Part shown: positions 27,998 to 37,900 of the stretch, one piece after another | Position numbering within the stretch: position 1 is the stretch's first letter | Layout: every line of letters begins with the position of its first letter | Origin: an uncultured Thermococci archaeon | Lineage (GTDB): Archaea; CAYQAE01; CAYVLA01 | Assembly: GCA_964549615.1 (NCBI GenBank) | Contig: CAZJVP010000099.1 | Span: 1-64,000, forward strand | DNA length: 64,000 nucleotides | Reading direction: 5' to 3' | Notes under the pieces: model-generated | What the model was told of the DNA's origin: nothing | Databases searched by the model: none | What the model saw: only the letters and a program-made list of their open reading frames with translations | Translations under genes and position numbers: made by a program

Positions 27998-28415
27998 CCT
28001 ATCCTCCTAATGGAAAGGGCTTCAAATACTTATCCCAGGAGGAGTTCGAAAAAAAGGCAGCCCGGATCCCTTCGTTGCGTCTTTTCTCATCTCCCACATG
28101 CGAGTGAAGCGGCCGTCCCTCCCGAGAAAGAGACGGGCGTGATAGGATGGTTTCGTTCGCTGTCGCAAGGACTCTGCGTCCAAGCAAGATTTTGATAGCG
28201 AATGTCCCTTCGGAGCAGGATCGCTCGCGGATGTCCGTGAGGCATACTTGACTTCTCATCGCGAGGGCTCATTCCGTCCCGTTCAGATACTTATTCCAAG
28301 ACCCCCAAGTCTTCATCTTGGCAATGTGCAGGACAAGTCTGACCCGTCGAATAGCTGTCCCGACAAGAAGAGGTGCAGTGTACCATGAGACACGGGCAAG
28401 GCCGGTGAGCACAAG

Positions 28416-29576
28416 ATGAGGATAGCACATTTCGTACACTACTACACGCCTGCGATCGGTGGGGGAGTGAGGTTCATAGCCGAGACAGGGGCTAGGCTGG
28501 AAGCGAGGGGGCATACGGTCACTGTCTTCACGTCGAATGCCTTGAACGACGATGGCTTCATGAGTCTGCGCAAAGGCCCTAGTTCGAGATTCAGGGGGCC
28601 GTCGCGCGAGAGGATCCGACACGTGACGGTGAGGCGATACAGGCCACTCGTGCTGCCCTTGTTGCAACGCTGGGTGCCCTTTCTCCAGCACGGCCCAATA
28701 ATGCCAAAATTGCTAGTGGAATTTGAGCCGAGTTCCTTTGATCTGGTTCATTCGAGTGCTTTCCCATACGCACACAATTTCATCTCGTACTACCTCAGTC
28801 GCCGGGCCAAACTGCCACTATACCTCACACCCTACTACAAACCAGGACAGCCATCATCCCGAACACTGCAAAAGATCCTTAGGCGAGCTGACAGAATATC
28901 CGCCTCGGTGCCTTGGGAGAGAAGCGCCCTTGTCAGAGAGTTTCGCATTGACGCGACCAGAGTAGATATTGTGCCGTCAGGCGTAGATCCCGAGAGGTTT
29001 GGGCCGCGAAACTACATGCCCGCCAGCTCCTGTAAGACAATACTCTTCGTGGGCCGACTGACGCCCGCCAAGGGCGTAGGGCATCTGTTGACAGCGTATA
29101 ATCGTTACCTCTATCCCGAATACCCTGATCTTCGACTCCTCGTTGTCGGCTACCTGTCTGATTGGGCACGTAGAAATCTACTACCCGCCGCGAGAGGAAA
29201 CACAATATTTCTCGGACCAATCTGCAACGAGACGGAGCTTGCCAGGATCTATGCCGAAAGCGACGTTGTCTGTTACCCGTCCCGCGATGACTGCTTTCCC
29301 CACGTGTTTCTCGAAGCTTGGGCCACGTCCAAACCGGTCATCGGTTGCAGAATCGGCGGGGTTGCGGATGTGATACAAGAGGGCAAGAATGGATTGTTCT
29401 CAGCTTTCGGCGACCCCAAGGACCTCAGTGAAAAAATAGCATACCTACTCGACAATCCAACTGAGGCGTCGAGAATGGGCAGGCGCGGCCGAAAAAAAGT
29501 GCTAGATACATATGTCTGGGACAAGGTGACGGACCGCCTCGAGGAAAGCTACCGTTCAACGATAAACAAGCACTAG
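28416..29576 (+). CDS. GT4 family glycosyltransferase
   Basis: Y.PAIGGG, FVGRL...KG, PS..D.F..VFLEAWA..KPVI. Confidence 0.88.
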   Translation: MRIAHFVHYYTPAIGGGVRFIAETGARLEARGHTVTVFTSNALNDDGFMSLRKGPSSRFRGPSRERIRHVTVRRYRPLVLPLLQRWVPFLQHGPIMPKLLVEFEPSSFDLVHSSAFPYAHNFISYYLSRRAKLPLYLTPYYKPGQPSSRTLQKILRRADRISASVPWERSALVREFRIDATRVDIVPSGVDPERFGPRNYMPASSCKTILFVGRLTPAKGVGHLLTAYNRYLYPEYPDLRLLVVGYLSDWARRNLLPAARGNTIFLGPICNETELARIYAESDVVCYPSRDDCFPHVFLEAWATSKPVIGCRIGGVADVIQEGKNGLFSAFGDPKDLSEKIAYLLDNPTEASRMGRRGRKKVLDTYVWDKVTDRLEESYRSTINKH

Positions 29577-29704
29577 ACACAGCTTTGTCGTTTATCCTGA
29601 GCGTGCCGACCGACCCGCGAGCGCTTCTGCGAGGTGTGCGCGTCGCCTCGCCCGCAATTGTCCATAGAATGGACACCCGGCCGAAGAGAGGCTGCCGACT
29701 CCCC

Positions 29705-32296
29705 TCATACGATCTTGAAGAATAGCTCTTCCTTTCGGAGTTGCGCCCCGCTCTTCCGCCAAATCACAAGGGCATGACTTCCCACGCTGAGATTATCGAC
29801 CTGGCAGACAAGATATGGACTCCAGAAGGAATCCCCGCGGACTAGAGCCACAGTCTGCTGGACGCCATCCACCCACACCGAAACAACGTTTGTCGAGTTG
29901 TACACTCGAGCTAGCATTCCCCCCTGCGGAAGGGCAAAGTCGTCATACGGGCTCCTGAAGTCAGCATCTCTCGAGTTCTCGGCCGTGATCACATGAGCGT
30001 ATAGCTCCAGGTAGGATCTCTCCTCCAACCACCATGCCCATTCCTCCATACGGTCTCTCACGTACTTCACAGCAAGCGGCCTGCCGACCATTATGACGTT
30101 GACGCCTTCGCGCCCATCAAGAAACACTCTCACAATCCGATTCGCCCTGACCGCATCAAGGAAACCTTCCCAAGTGTTGTTCCTTGCGATGAAGAGGGTC
30201 CTATCGGTTTCGTACTTATGCCTAGTTTGCCAAAGGTCGTAGTGGGCATCGGCTGAGTAGATCATTGGCAGGACTCTCCAATACCGCTCGGTCCAAGGCT
30301 GGCCCAACAGGTCAAAGGATGCAGCGTCATATCCGTCTCCTGATAGGACAGAGTCGTCGAGTAACGCTATCGTGAACTCAGGGCAGTAGTCGGTCTGAAG
30401 ATGTATCAGCCCCTGCAGGTCATGAAGCCTCTTTATGTCTCTCTTGAAGACGCTCCAAGTCGCCATTCTTGGAAAGACGAAAAAATGCTCCCCCACGATA
30501 TTGGCAACGTGACCAAATGCCCCGATCGACGATATGTTCAAGTTCGCGGCGTATTGTTCGTCAGAAGCGACTATCTGGACGGGAATTCCGTGCTCACGTG
30601 CGTACAACCTGCACTCATTTACGAAAGACATATTGGAGGTTTTGATTCCCAGCAAGTCGATTCCGGCCTGAGCCGCGTATCCGACGATGTACCCCGGGCT
30701 TTCCGCCCGTCCCCACGCACTTCCTGCAGCTTCGAGGACGGCTGTGTAGACGTGAAACCCGTCATCTATGGGTTCTTCCAGACTTGCGCGCACCGCCCTT
30801 GCCCGCCGCACAGTATCTAGATCCCCCATGATCCCGAAACAGGCAATCGCCAAATGAGTCGACTCAACGTCAGATGGCCAGCCCGGTTTGCAGCCAAATC
30901 CGCCGTCGGGGTTCTGCAGCGTCAACAACCACTCAACGACAGATCGGGGGTATGAGTCCGCATTAGCCATCTTGAGCAGGCTCAAAGCTTCGTACGTGTA
31001 CTTGACATCAGAGGCCTGACCCGGTGCCCAGCCATAACCCCCGTCTGCGTTCTGGCACTTCCTCACAAAATCCGCAACGCCCTCAGTAGACACATTTGCA
31101 TCCAAGAGGCGAAGTATTTGCATCGCGTAGTAGGTGAAACTCACATGAGAACTCTCGGACATCAAGTTGCCCCAGCCACCATCGGGATTGCGGCGGGAAA
31201 CTAGCCACAAGACCAATTCATCTTTCCTGGCCACCGTGCAGTTCAGAAGATGGAGAGCCCGTAAGCTATAGTAAATGTCCGAGAGCTTCGGAGGACCGAA
31301 ATACCCCGTAAGTTCATCTTCCCGGGTCCATGGCTTGGCCGACCTCAATAAGATCGACAATGTGTCGTTACCTATGTTGGGACGGCGGCCGGTAAGTGAC
31401 ATCAAGCGGAGGCTTTGGTAGATCTCCCACGGGTCTCCGGGCGATGCGAACATCGGTTTGAGGGGCCACTCCATCTTGTAGCCCAACTCGCTCAGCGATT
31501 CCAAAGCATGGTAGGTCCACCACAAACCACTAACGTGCTCCTGATCTGCGGGTCCGAATGACCCATCGCTTTTCCTGAGGGAAAGCAGGTACTCTGTAAC
31601 TGCCATAGGCGGATTCTTCACGAAGAAAATGTATTGGCCCGATGCGGGGACTCGCAAGGACTTCCCTCCTGAGTCCCTAATCGAAAAATGGTACATCACA
31701 GGGCCCAGATCGCCAATCGCAATGCCCCCTGACCACATGCCTCTTGATGTCTGAGCCATCACGTATTCCGTCACAGCGCCGCCAGCGGAAGCGGAAAGCA
31801 CGACCTCCTCAACTTCCCCAGCATCCGGTCCCTCCGTGTACAAGACCACATCCACGCTCTTGCGATATGTGGTGTTGGATATCCCATAGTGCACCGCCGT
31901 CCAATTGAAGCCTGTCTCCTCGGACGCAGGTACATACAGGGCGATCCGCCGGCCAACCGACCACACAGAATTCGTTACGACAAAGGCCAGGGAGTGGTTG
32001 CCCGGTCCCATCGAGGGTCCAGAGCGTCTGAAATGCATGGCATTTCCAGTTCTTTCGACGATTGCCATCTCGTAGGTAGTCCCATTCACGAAGACCCTAC
32101 ACTGACAGTGCATACCGGACTTGACCCTGACGTCCAGAAGTATCTGTGACTGGTTGGAGCCGCAATTCACCGCGATGAAGGATGCATTTGCTTCCAAGAT
32201 CTTGATCCTCGCATGGTTAAGCGCGTATATCGACGCAACAGATAGGAGCGCCAGGGCTGTGAACAGGAATACTCTGGGGTGTAATCGCGAAACCAA
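29705..32296 (-). CDS. secreted protein: Ig-like domains + prenyltransferase/squalene-cyclase repeat barrel + PHP-like domain
   Basis: N-terminal hydrophobic signal; RNPDGGWG, QNADGGYG and QNPDGGFG repeats; SDEQY, SADAH, WEGFLDAVRANR. Confidence 0.75.
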   Translation of the reverse strand: MVSRLHPRVFLFTALALLSVASIYALNHARIKILEANASFIAVNCGSNQSQILLDVRVKSGMHCQCRVFVNGTTYEMAIVERTGNAMHFRRSGPSMGPGNHSLAFVVTNSVWSVGRRIALYVPASEETGFNWTAVHYGISNTTYRKSVDVVLYTEGPDAGEVEEVVLSASAGGAVTEYVMAQTSRGMWSGGIAIGDLGPVMYHFSIRDSGGKSLRVPASGQYIFFVKNPPMAVTEYLLSLRKSDGSFGPADQEHVSGLWWTYHALESLSELGYKMEWPLKPMFASPGDPWEIYQSLRLMSLTGRRPNIGNDTLSILLRSAKPWTREDELTGYFGPPKLSDIYYSLRALHLLNCTVARKDELVLWLVSRRNPDGGWGNLMSESSHVSFTYYAMQILRLLDANVSTEGVADFVRKCQNADGGYGWAPGQASDVKYTYEALSLLKMANADSYPRSVVEWLLTLQNPDGGFGCKPGWPSDVESTHLAIACFGIMGDLDTVRRARAVRASLEEPIDDGFHVYTAVLEAAGSAWGRAESPGYIVGYAAQAGIDLLGIKTSNMSFVNECRLYAREHGIPVQIVASDEQYAANLNISSIGAFGHVANIVGEHFFVFPRMATWSVFKRDIKRLHDLQGLIHLQTDYCPEFTIALLDDSVLSGDGYDAASFDLLGQPWTERYWRVLPMIYSADAHYDLWQTRHKYETDRTLFIARNNTWEGFLDAVRANRIVRVFLDGREGVNVIMVGRPLAVKYVRDRMEEWAWWLEERSYLELYAHVITAENSRDADFRSPYDDFALPQGGMLARVYNSTNVVSVWVDGVQQTVALVRGDSFWSPYLVCQVDNLSVGSHALVIWRKSGAQLRKEELFFKIV

Positions 32297-32398
32297 ACCA
32301 TACTTTTCTCGCTTAGATAGGCAGATAAATGTGGCAGTATATGATGAGAACCGGACCAGGAAATATTATCAGGCGAATCCGATGGCTTCTGACTCCGC

Positions 32399-33613
32399 TC
32401 AGTATGGCAACCGAGGAAGGAACCTTTCGTTCAAGATCTTTCGCCAATCGAACTTGCTTTCGGCCGATTGCCGCCCCCGCCTTCCCATTCTTCTTCGGAG
32501 ATGGGGATCTAGGATTAGCCGACGAAGATAGTCGGAGAGAACGTTGGGGTCGCGGGGCGGAACAAGATAGCCTTCCTTTTCATGTTGCAGGATCTCGGGT
32601 ATCCCGCCGATCCGTGAGGCGACCACCGGCACTCCTGAACTCAGGGATTCGGAAACTACCAGTGGGCAAGCATCCATCTGGACACTGGGCACGACCACAA
32701 TATCGGAGGACCTGTACTTTTCAGCTTGACTCTTCTGATCAATTGACCACGGCAAGGTTTCTAGGAAGGGTAACCTTACGGGACCCATGCAGTACTCAGA
32801 GTCGACCCTCACTTTGAAGAGAATTCCTTGCCTTATCAGCTCTTGGGCAGCGTCGAGAAAGAACTGGAATCCTTTGGCCGGATCACTGGCGCGACCCGGT
32901 AGGTACACAATTGGAAGTTCACCGACCTCACCCTTGCTCGTCGGAAAGAAAATATCCGTGTCAACGCCATTGGGAAGAAGGTCGACAGCAACATCCTCTC
33001 CAAGCGTTTTTCGAAACATTGCCTCCAAACCACGGTTAACGACGAAAATTTGGTCTAGGAGTTTCAGCTTTTCCACGAGCATGCGAGGTCGCAGGAACAC
33101 CGGTAGGTCGTACATAAGCCTCCTGATTGTTTGGACTTTCCAGAAATCGGACCATCCAGGAACGCCGCAGGCGAGACACCGCATGCACCTCGCTCCATTC
33201 GAGAAGAAGTCAGTCTCACAGATATGATCGCCAGTCCAGAGGTCGCCCACCCTCCTCGGACAGAAGGGGAAGTATGCCCCCAAGTGATAGATCGCGTAAG
33301 TATGTCTGACCGCGTCGACAAGCCTATACAGGTCGAGAAAGGAAAAAGGCTGGGTCAAAAGCGATATATCAGGCGAAAACCGCTTGACTTCCTTCCGCAC
33401 CAACAGAGAGAACGTGTAGAGATCGAATCGCCTCCTATTCAGTTTCACGAGGCCGAATCCCAGACCGTCGGGATCGCGCACTTCGCCACACGTGACTAGC
33501 CGCACATCATATCCGTGTTGGCGAAGGGCCGTGCCAAACTGATACTTCACAGTATCCGCCCCAGACCTGGGTGGCCAGCTGAAGAACCTGCTTACGATTA
33601 ATACACGCTTCAC
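32399..33613 (-). CDS. GT4 family glycosyltransferase with Cys-rich insertion
   Basis: PNGVD, GR...P.KG, PS..MDACPLV..ESL.SGVPVVASRIGGIPE; FCP..IC..CMRCLAC insert. Confidence 0.85.
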   Translation of the reverse strand: MKRVLIVSRFFSWPPRSGADTVKYQFGTALRQHGYDVRLVTCGEVRDPDGLGFGLVKLNRRRFDLYTFSLLVRKEVKRFSPDISLLTQPFSFLDLYRLVDAVRHTYAIYHLGAYFPFCPRRVGDLWTGDHICETDFFSNGARCMRCLACGVPGWSDFWKVQTIRRLMYDLPVFLRPRMLVEKLKLLDQIFVVNRGLEAMFRKTLGEDVAVDLLPNGVDTDIFFPTSKGEVGELPIVYLPGRASDPAKGFQFFLDAAQELIRQGILFKVRVDSEYCMGPVRLPFLETLPWSIDQKSQAEKYRSSDIVVVPSVQMDACPLVVSESLSSGVPVVASRIGGIPEILQHEKEGYLVPPRDPNVLSDYLRRLILDPHLRRRMGRRGRQSAESKFDWRKILNERFLPRLPY

Positions 33614-33785
33614 TATTCACCAACCTCCACTGGTATGACTGGCACGCACCGACACGGACCCAGCAAAACGTATAGTTCAACGGTCGTCGTTTTGACAAGA
33701 ATTAAATGCGATCCCCGTCCAAACAGGTCGGGAAGCAAGATAGCTAGAACAGACTAGCCGCTTTGTCCCGCTGCAGCGGTTTCCG

Positions 33786-34658
33786 GTGAAATCAGGTATG
33801 ACAACCAAGTTTCATGTTCTCCTGACAGTGGACGTTGAGCCGGGGTACAGGTCAGCGGATGGCACGATGAACTGGGATTACGGATCCACAGTCCTGCAGA
33901 AAGGGAATGCAGGCGCACCCGGCTTTTTCTCAGGGGTTCCGACACTTCTTGAGCTAGCCGAGGAGATGTGTACGCACGGAGCGACTCACATAACCTTCTT
34001 CCTCATGCCCCTAATCTCTGTGATCAGAAATAGCGAGTCTCTGACGTCCCAATTAGTGTCCGCCAGCAGGGCGGGCCACGAAATGGGAGTCCATATCCAC
34101 CCAGACGATCCTGCGCTAGCCAAGGCCGAGACATACAACCCTGTATTCTCTTCAAACCCTTTCTTGGCTCAGCTTGCACTTATGCGCCGTGCGAAGAGCC
34201 TAATTTCGAACATCGTAGGTAAGACCACGTCAATTAGAATCGGGCGACTTGCGGCCGACGGAAGAACCCTGATGGCTATGGCTCTTTCCGGATTTCGTTT
34301 CGACAGCAGTCTTGCATCTCGCGGAGAAAAGCCTGTGAATTGGCACCGAGCGGTATTGAGAGTCCCAATATCCGTAGATCCGACAGGAAGATGGGCCCAT
34401 CCCGCATACGGCTTCGACTTCTTGAGGACGCTCTTTCTTGAAAGATACACCGTATGGGATCGTCGGCGGCAGGGATTCCTAGTGATATTCCTTCACAGCT
34501 CGAACATCGTAGACCAACGAGGTCGTACAAACAGTGACTTTGAGAACCTGAAGAGGTTCGTCGGCTATGTTTCCGACGAGTTTTGTTCAAAGGGCGACAC
34601 GCAATTCAGTTCAGTGCGTGAGTTCTCGCTCGCCTGGAGGAGTTCGGATCGCCCGTAA
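33786..34658 (+). CDS. polysaccharide deacetylase (NodB-like fold)
   Basis: LLTVDVE, ITFF, GHEMGVHIHP, R.GR, FDSS, FLHS. Confidence 0.8.
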   Translation: MKSGMTTKFHVLLTVDVEPGYRSADGTMNWDYGSTVLQKGNAGAPGFFSGVPTLLELAEEMCTHGATHITFFLMPLISVIRNSESLTSQLVSASRAGHEMGVHIHPDDPALAKAETYNPVFSSNPFLAQLALMRRAKSLISNIVGKTTSIRIGRLAADGRTLMAMALSGFRFDSSLASRGEKPVNWHRAVLRVPISVDPTGRWAHPAYGFDFLRTLFLERYTVWDRRRQGFLVIFLHSSNIVDQRGRTNSDFENLKRFVGYVSDEFCSKGDTQFSSVREFSLAWRSSDRP

Positions 34659-34953
34659 TGGGCCGACGGCCACAAGCATCTGCTGGACTGACAGCCATTA
34701 CTGACCGCCACCGTCACCGCATTCTCTCTTGAATATGGGCCTAATCTGGGATCACGCACAGGTATGAAATAGCCGAGATAACTAGACCAAGGAACTCGAC
34801 CGTCCGGCTTGGCAAGCGAATCCTACGCTCCCACAAGACATCGTTCGCTTGTTTCCAGGGGGGACGTAGGTTTTCGGCCCCACCCAACACGGTTCCTCCC
34901 CGACTTCCCTGCCATCATCGACAATGCTATTCTACGCCTCCGCAGTAGCCAAA

Positions 34954-37900
34954 TCAACCATAGTCGACTATCCACCTCACCTTGCCACCCGGGTGCTTCA
35001 CTTCGACGGTATGTATTCCGAAAGTGATGTCGGTTTGCACGTAGTAATAATCGGTAAAATACTTCTCGACGCTTCCGGCAAAGTCTGCACACTCTGCCGC
35101 TGTGACGCGGACGGGAATGTACACCCGGCCGTCTATGCTAATTTCTGTGAATACTCCCCAAAGCCTCACGTTAAGACCCGTTCCTGTCTCCCACGGATAC
35201 CGGCCCCATAGGCCTTGAGCAGCCTTCGGGATAGGTTCTACGAGAAGGTTAGGCGCGGGCAGCAGACGCGTCCCGCTAGCCCTAACGAAGTCGACCATCC
35301 ATCGCGATCCATACACGGTACCGTCCTCGTGGATGTAGCCGACCCTTCCATTCCTCACCGCATCCATGAAGCCAGCCCAGTCGCCCGTTCTAGCTACAAA
35401 CAAACCCACGACATGCTGAGCGTGGTACATCCCCCCCTCGAAGGTATGGTGATTGTCCGCCTCGTCCAGCGGAACCAACCTGCCAGCGTATTTCTCCAAC
35501 CAAGGTTGGTCACGGACTATGTCCGCTACGAACTTCAGGTAGGTTCCCCCCGACACGAATCCGTTATACCCGCCGATCTCCACAGCTGCATCAAGTACAT
35601 CCACTGCCCTGTAGTAGTCCTGTGTAGAGGAGTAAGCTGAGACCCCGTTCGCCAAGAAGCCGCGGTTGTAAATAACGAGATCGTCAAAGGAGTTCCCCAT
35701 GGTGTTCGAGCCTCTGTAGGGCGACCAAGGAGAACCGCCGCTCGGGCTAGTGACGTAGGAATGGCTGTGGTCGTGAGGGTCGTAGCCGTTGAACTGGAGG
35801 TTGAAAGTATAGATTTCGTCCCCCTTGGCCACAAACACGGGAAGCCCGTAGGCTTCAGCGAACGCGTTCATAGGATCTATTAGGCTGTCGCCTCCCTTCT
35901 TCCCAGAGATTATCGATATGCCCTGTTCGTAGGCCCCCATCACCGCGAGACCACCAAGATCTCTGGATCCCGGATAGTTTCCGCCGAAGGCCTGGGTTTT
36001 GAATTTGAACACCTTGTAGGTCTGATCCTCGAACCAGGGCGGGGGCTCCGGGGGGTCCCTACATACGGGTGGATTGGTTGGCATTCCCATCTTCCTCAAG
36101 ATCTCCAACGCGTAGTAGGTGGGCTCGAGCCTTGAGTCCCAACCCGGCCTGTCGCCAAAACCCCCGTCTGAGTTCTGGCACATCATGACCCAATCGTAAG
36201 TCCTCAAGGGGATCGTTCTCCCGGCCGTGTAGAGGAGATCTACGGCCCAGTAGGTCTCCCTCATATCACTTTCCCGTCCCCTCTCATAGCCCCAGCCTCC
36301 GTCAGCGTTCTGTACCGAGAGCAAGTAGTCGATGGCAGACTGCGGGATGCCTCTCCCGGCCCAGTATAGGATCATTGCGGCGTGGTGTGTCCTCCATACA
36401 CACGACCTCTGTGGCTTAAAGTCAGACAAAGTGGAAAGCCGAGTCCCAAGCGGATTTGATTCCCAACCACCATCAGCGTTCTGATTGCGTTGGAGAGCAT
36501 CAGCGACCTCTGCCAGCGTGGGGCTTGCAGTCGAAGTCTCGCCCAATAGCCTCAACGCGTGGAACTTGTGATAGACTACATCCAGCCTCCAGGAAGAGTC
36601 TTTCTCCACCAGCTCCTTGACGTCGGGGAGCGAAGATCCTAGGAGGGAAAGCGCCGTGAGACTTATATCCAGTCTCCACGGACCCATATTCGCCGCCTCG
36701 TTGCCGGGAGAATCAACCGCCGCGAGCGACGGTAAAGCCCCGGAGATCTTTTCGGCCAGGCCCGAGGGAATGGTTGCCCCGCAGAGCGCTGCCGCGGAGG
36801 CTCCAAACGCATCATGGTAGAAACTGGACCAAGATTGTCCGTAGGGCCCATACCCGTCCGCTTTCTGGCAGGACTCGACGTAATCACTCGGCGTCTTGAA
36901 ACCCGAGGCATCCACGTAGGCTACGAGGGCGGTCACATCGTCAGTCTTGGAGAGCGATCCGAGATCTGGCGTCTGCAGCGCACAGACCATGGCGCTCCCA
37001 TTCACAATTATGTTGCCCGTCGAAACGCCGCTCGGTAGGTAGAGCTTGAGGAACTGTGACACTCCCGGGTAGACTATGAGTGAAATCTCATTCTTCTTCG
37101 GATCGTAGGACAGGATTTCGGGTGGCTTAGCCTTCTTCAGAACCTCCCCGGTGTATCCATCTTCCCGTTCGGGAAAACCAAGCATCTCGAAGGGGACGCC
37201 AAGCTTGACGATCTTCATGTCCTCTGCCGGAACCGTAAGAGAAAGCTGGTTGTTGGACCTCGTAAGGTAGACCCATGGAGAGTTCGGGGACGATGGATCA
37301 AAGGCGACGAGAGTGTCGCATCGGTACGAATCGAATAGACCGCTGCCTATACTTATCCGCAGGGTCTGGGCTGAGAACTCAAAGTTGCTCACCGCCAGTT
37401 GCCACATGCTTCCAGTCTCCTTGCTCAGGGAATAGTAGAGATTCGATGTCTGCGGGAGGAACCAAGCCGGCTTGATGCCAAGCGTCCGACGTCCAAAAGG
37501 ACGGCTGCCACCAGTTGGCAGCTCGGCGTACTCCAGATTGGACAGGTAAGGCACGTAGTTCCATTTGGACGCGATCTTCCGGGCGAAAGCCTTCTCTTCC
37601 TGGTCGAAGGAGTAGGGGGAACCTGCGTCGGCAGGGCCATCCCATCCTCCGTGGACCCAGTTGGTCACATAGTGGGGGTTTAGAAGATACGCGTAGAGAA
37701 CCTGCTCTGCAAATCCAAGATCCCAATCCGTCGCGGTCCCGTGCCGGTCCATCGTCCTGTGCAGGTAGTAATCCGTTGCTAGGTCGCTTGCACAGGCCGA
37801 GACGCCGGCTGAGAATAAGGGTTGGTAGAGGCTCGAGTCGAAGTGATCAGTGAAGTACCAGGTTGCCTGGCCGTTGGCATCGCAATGCTGGAAGTGATTG

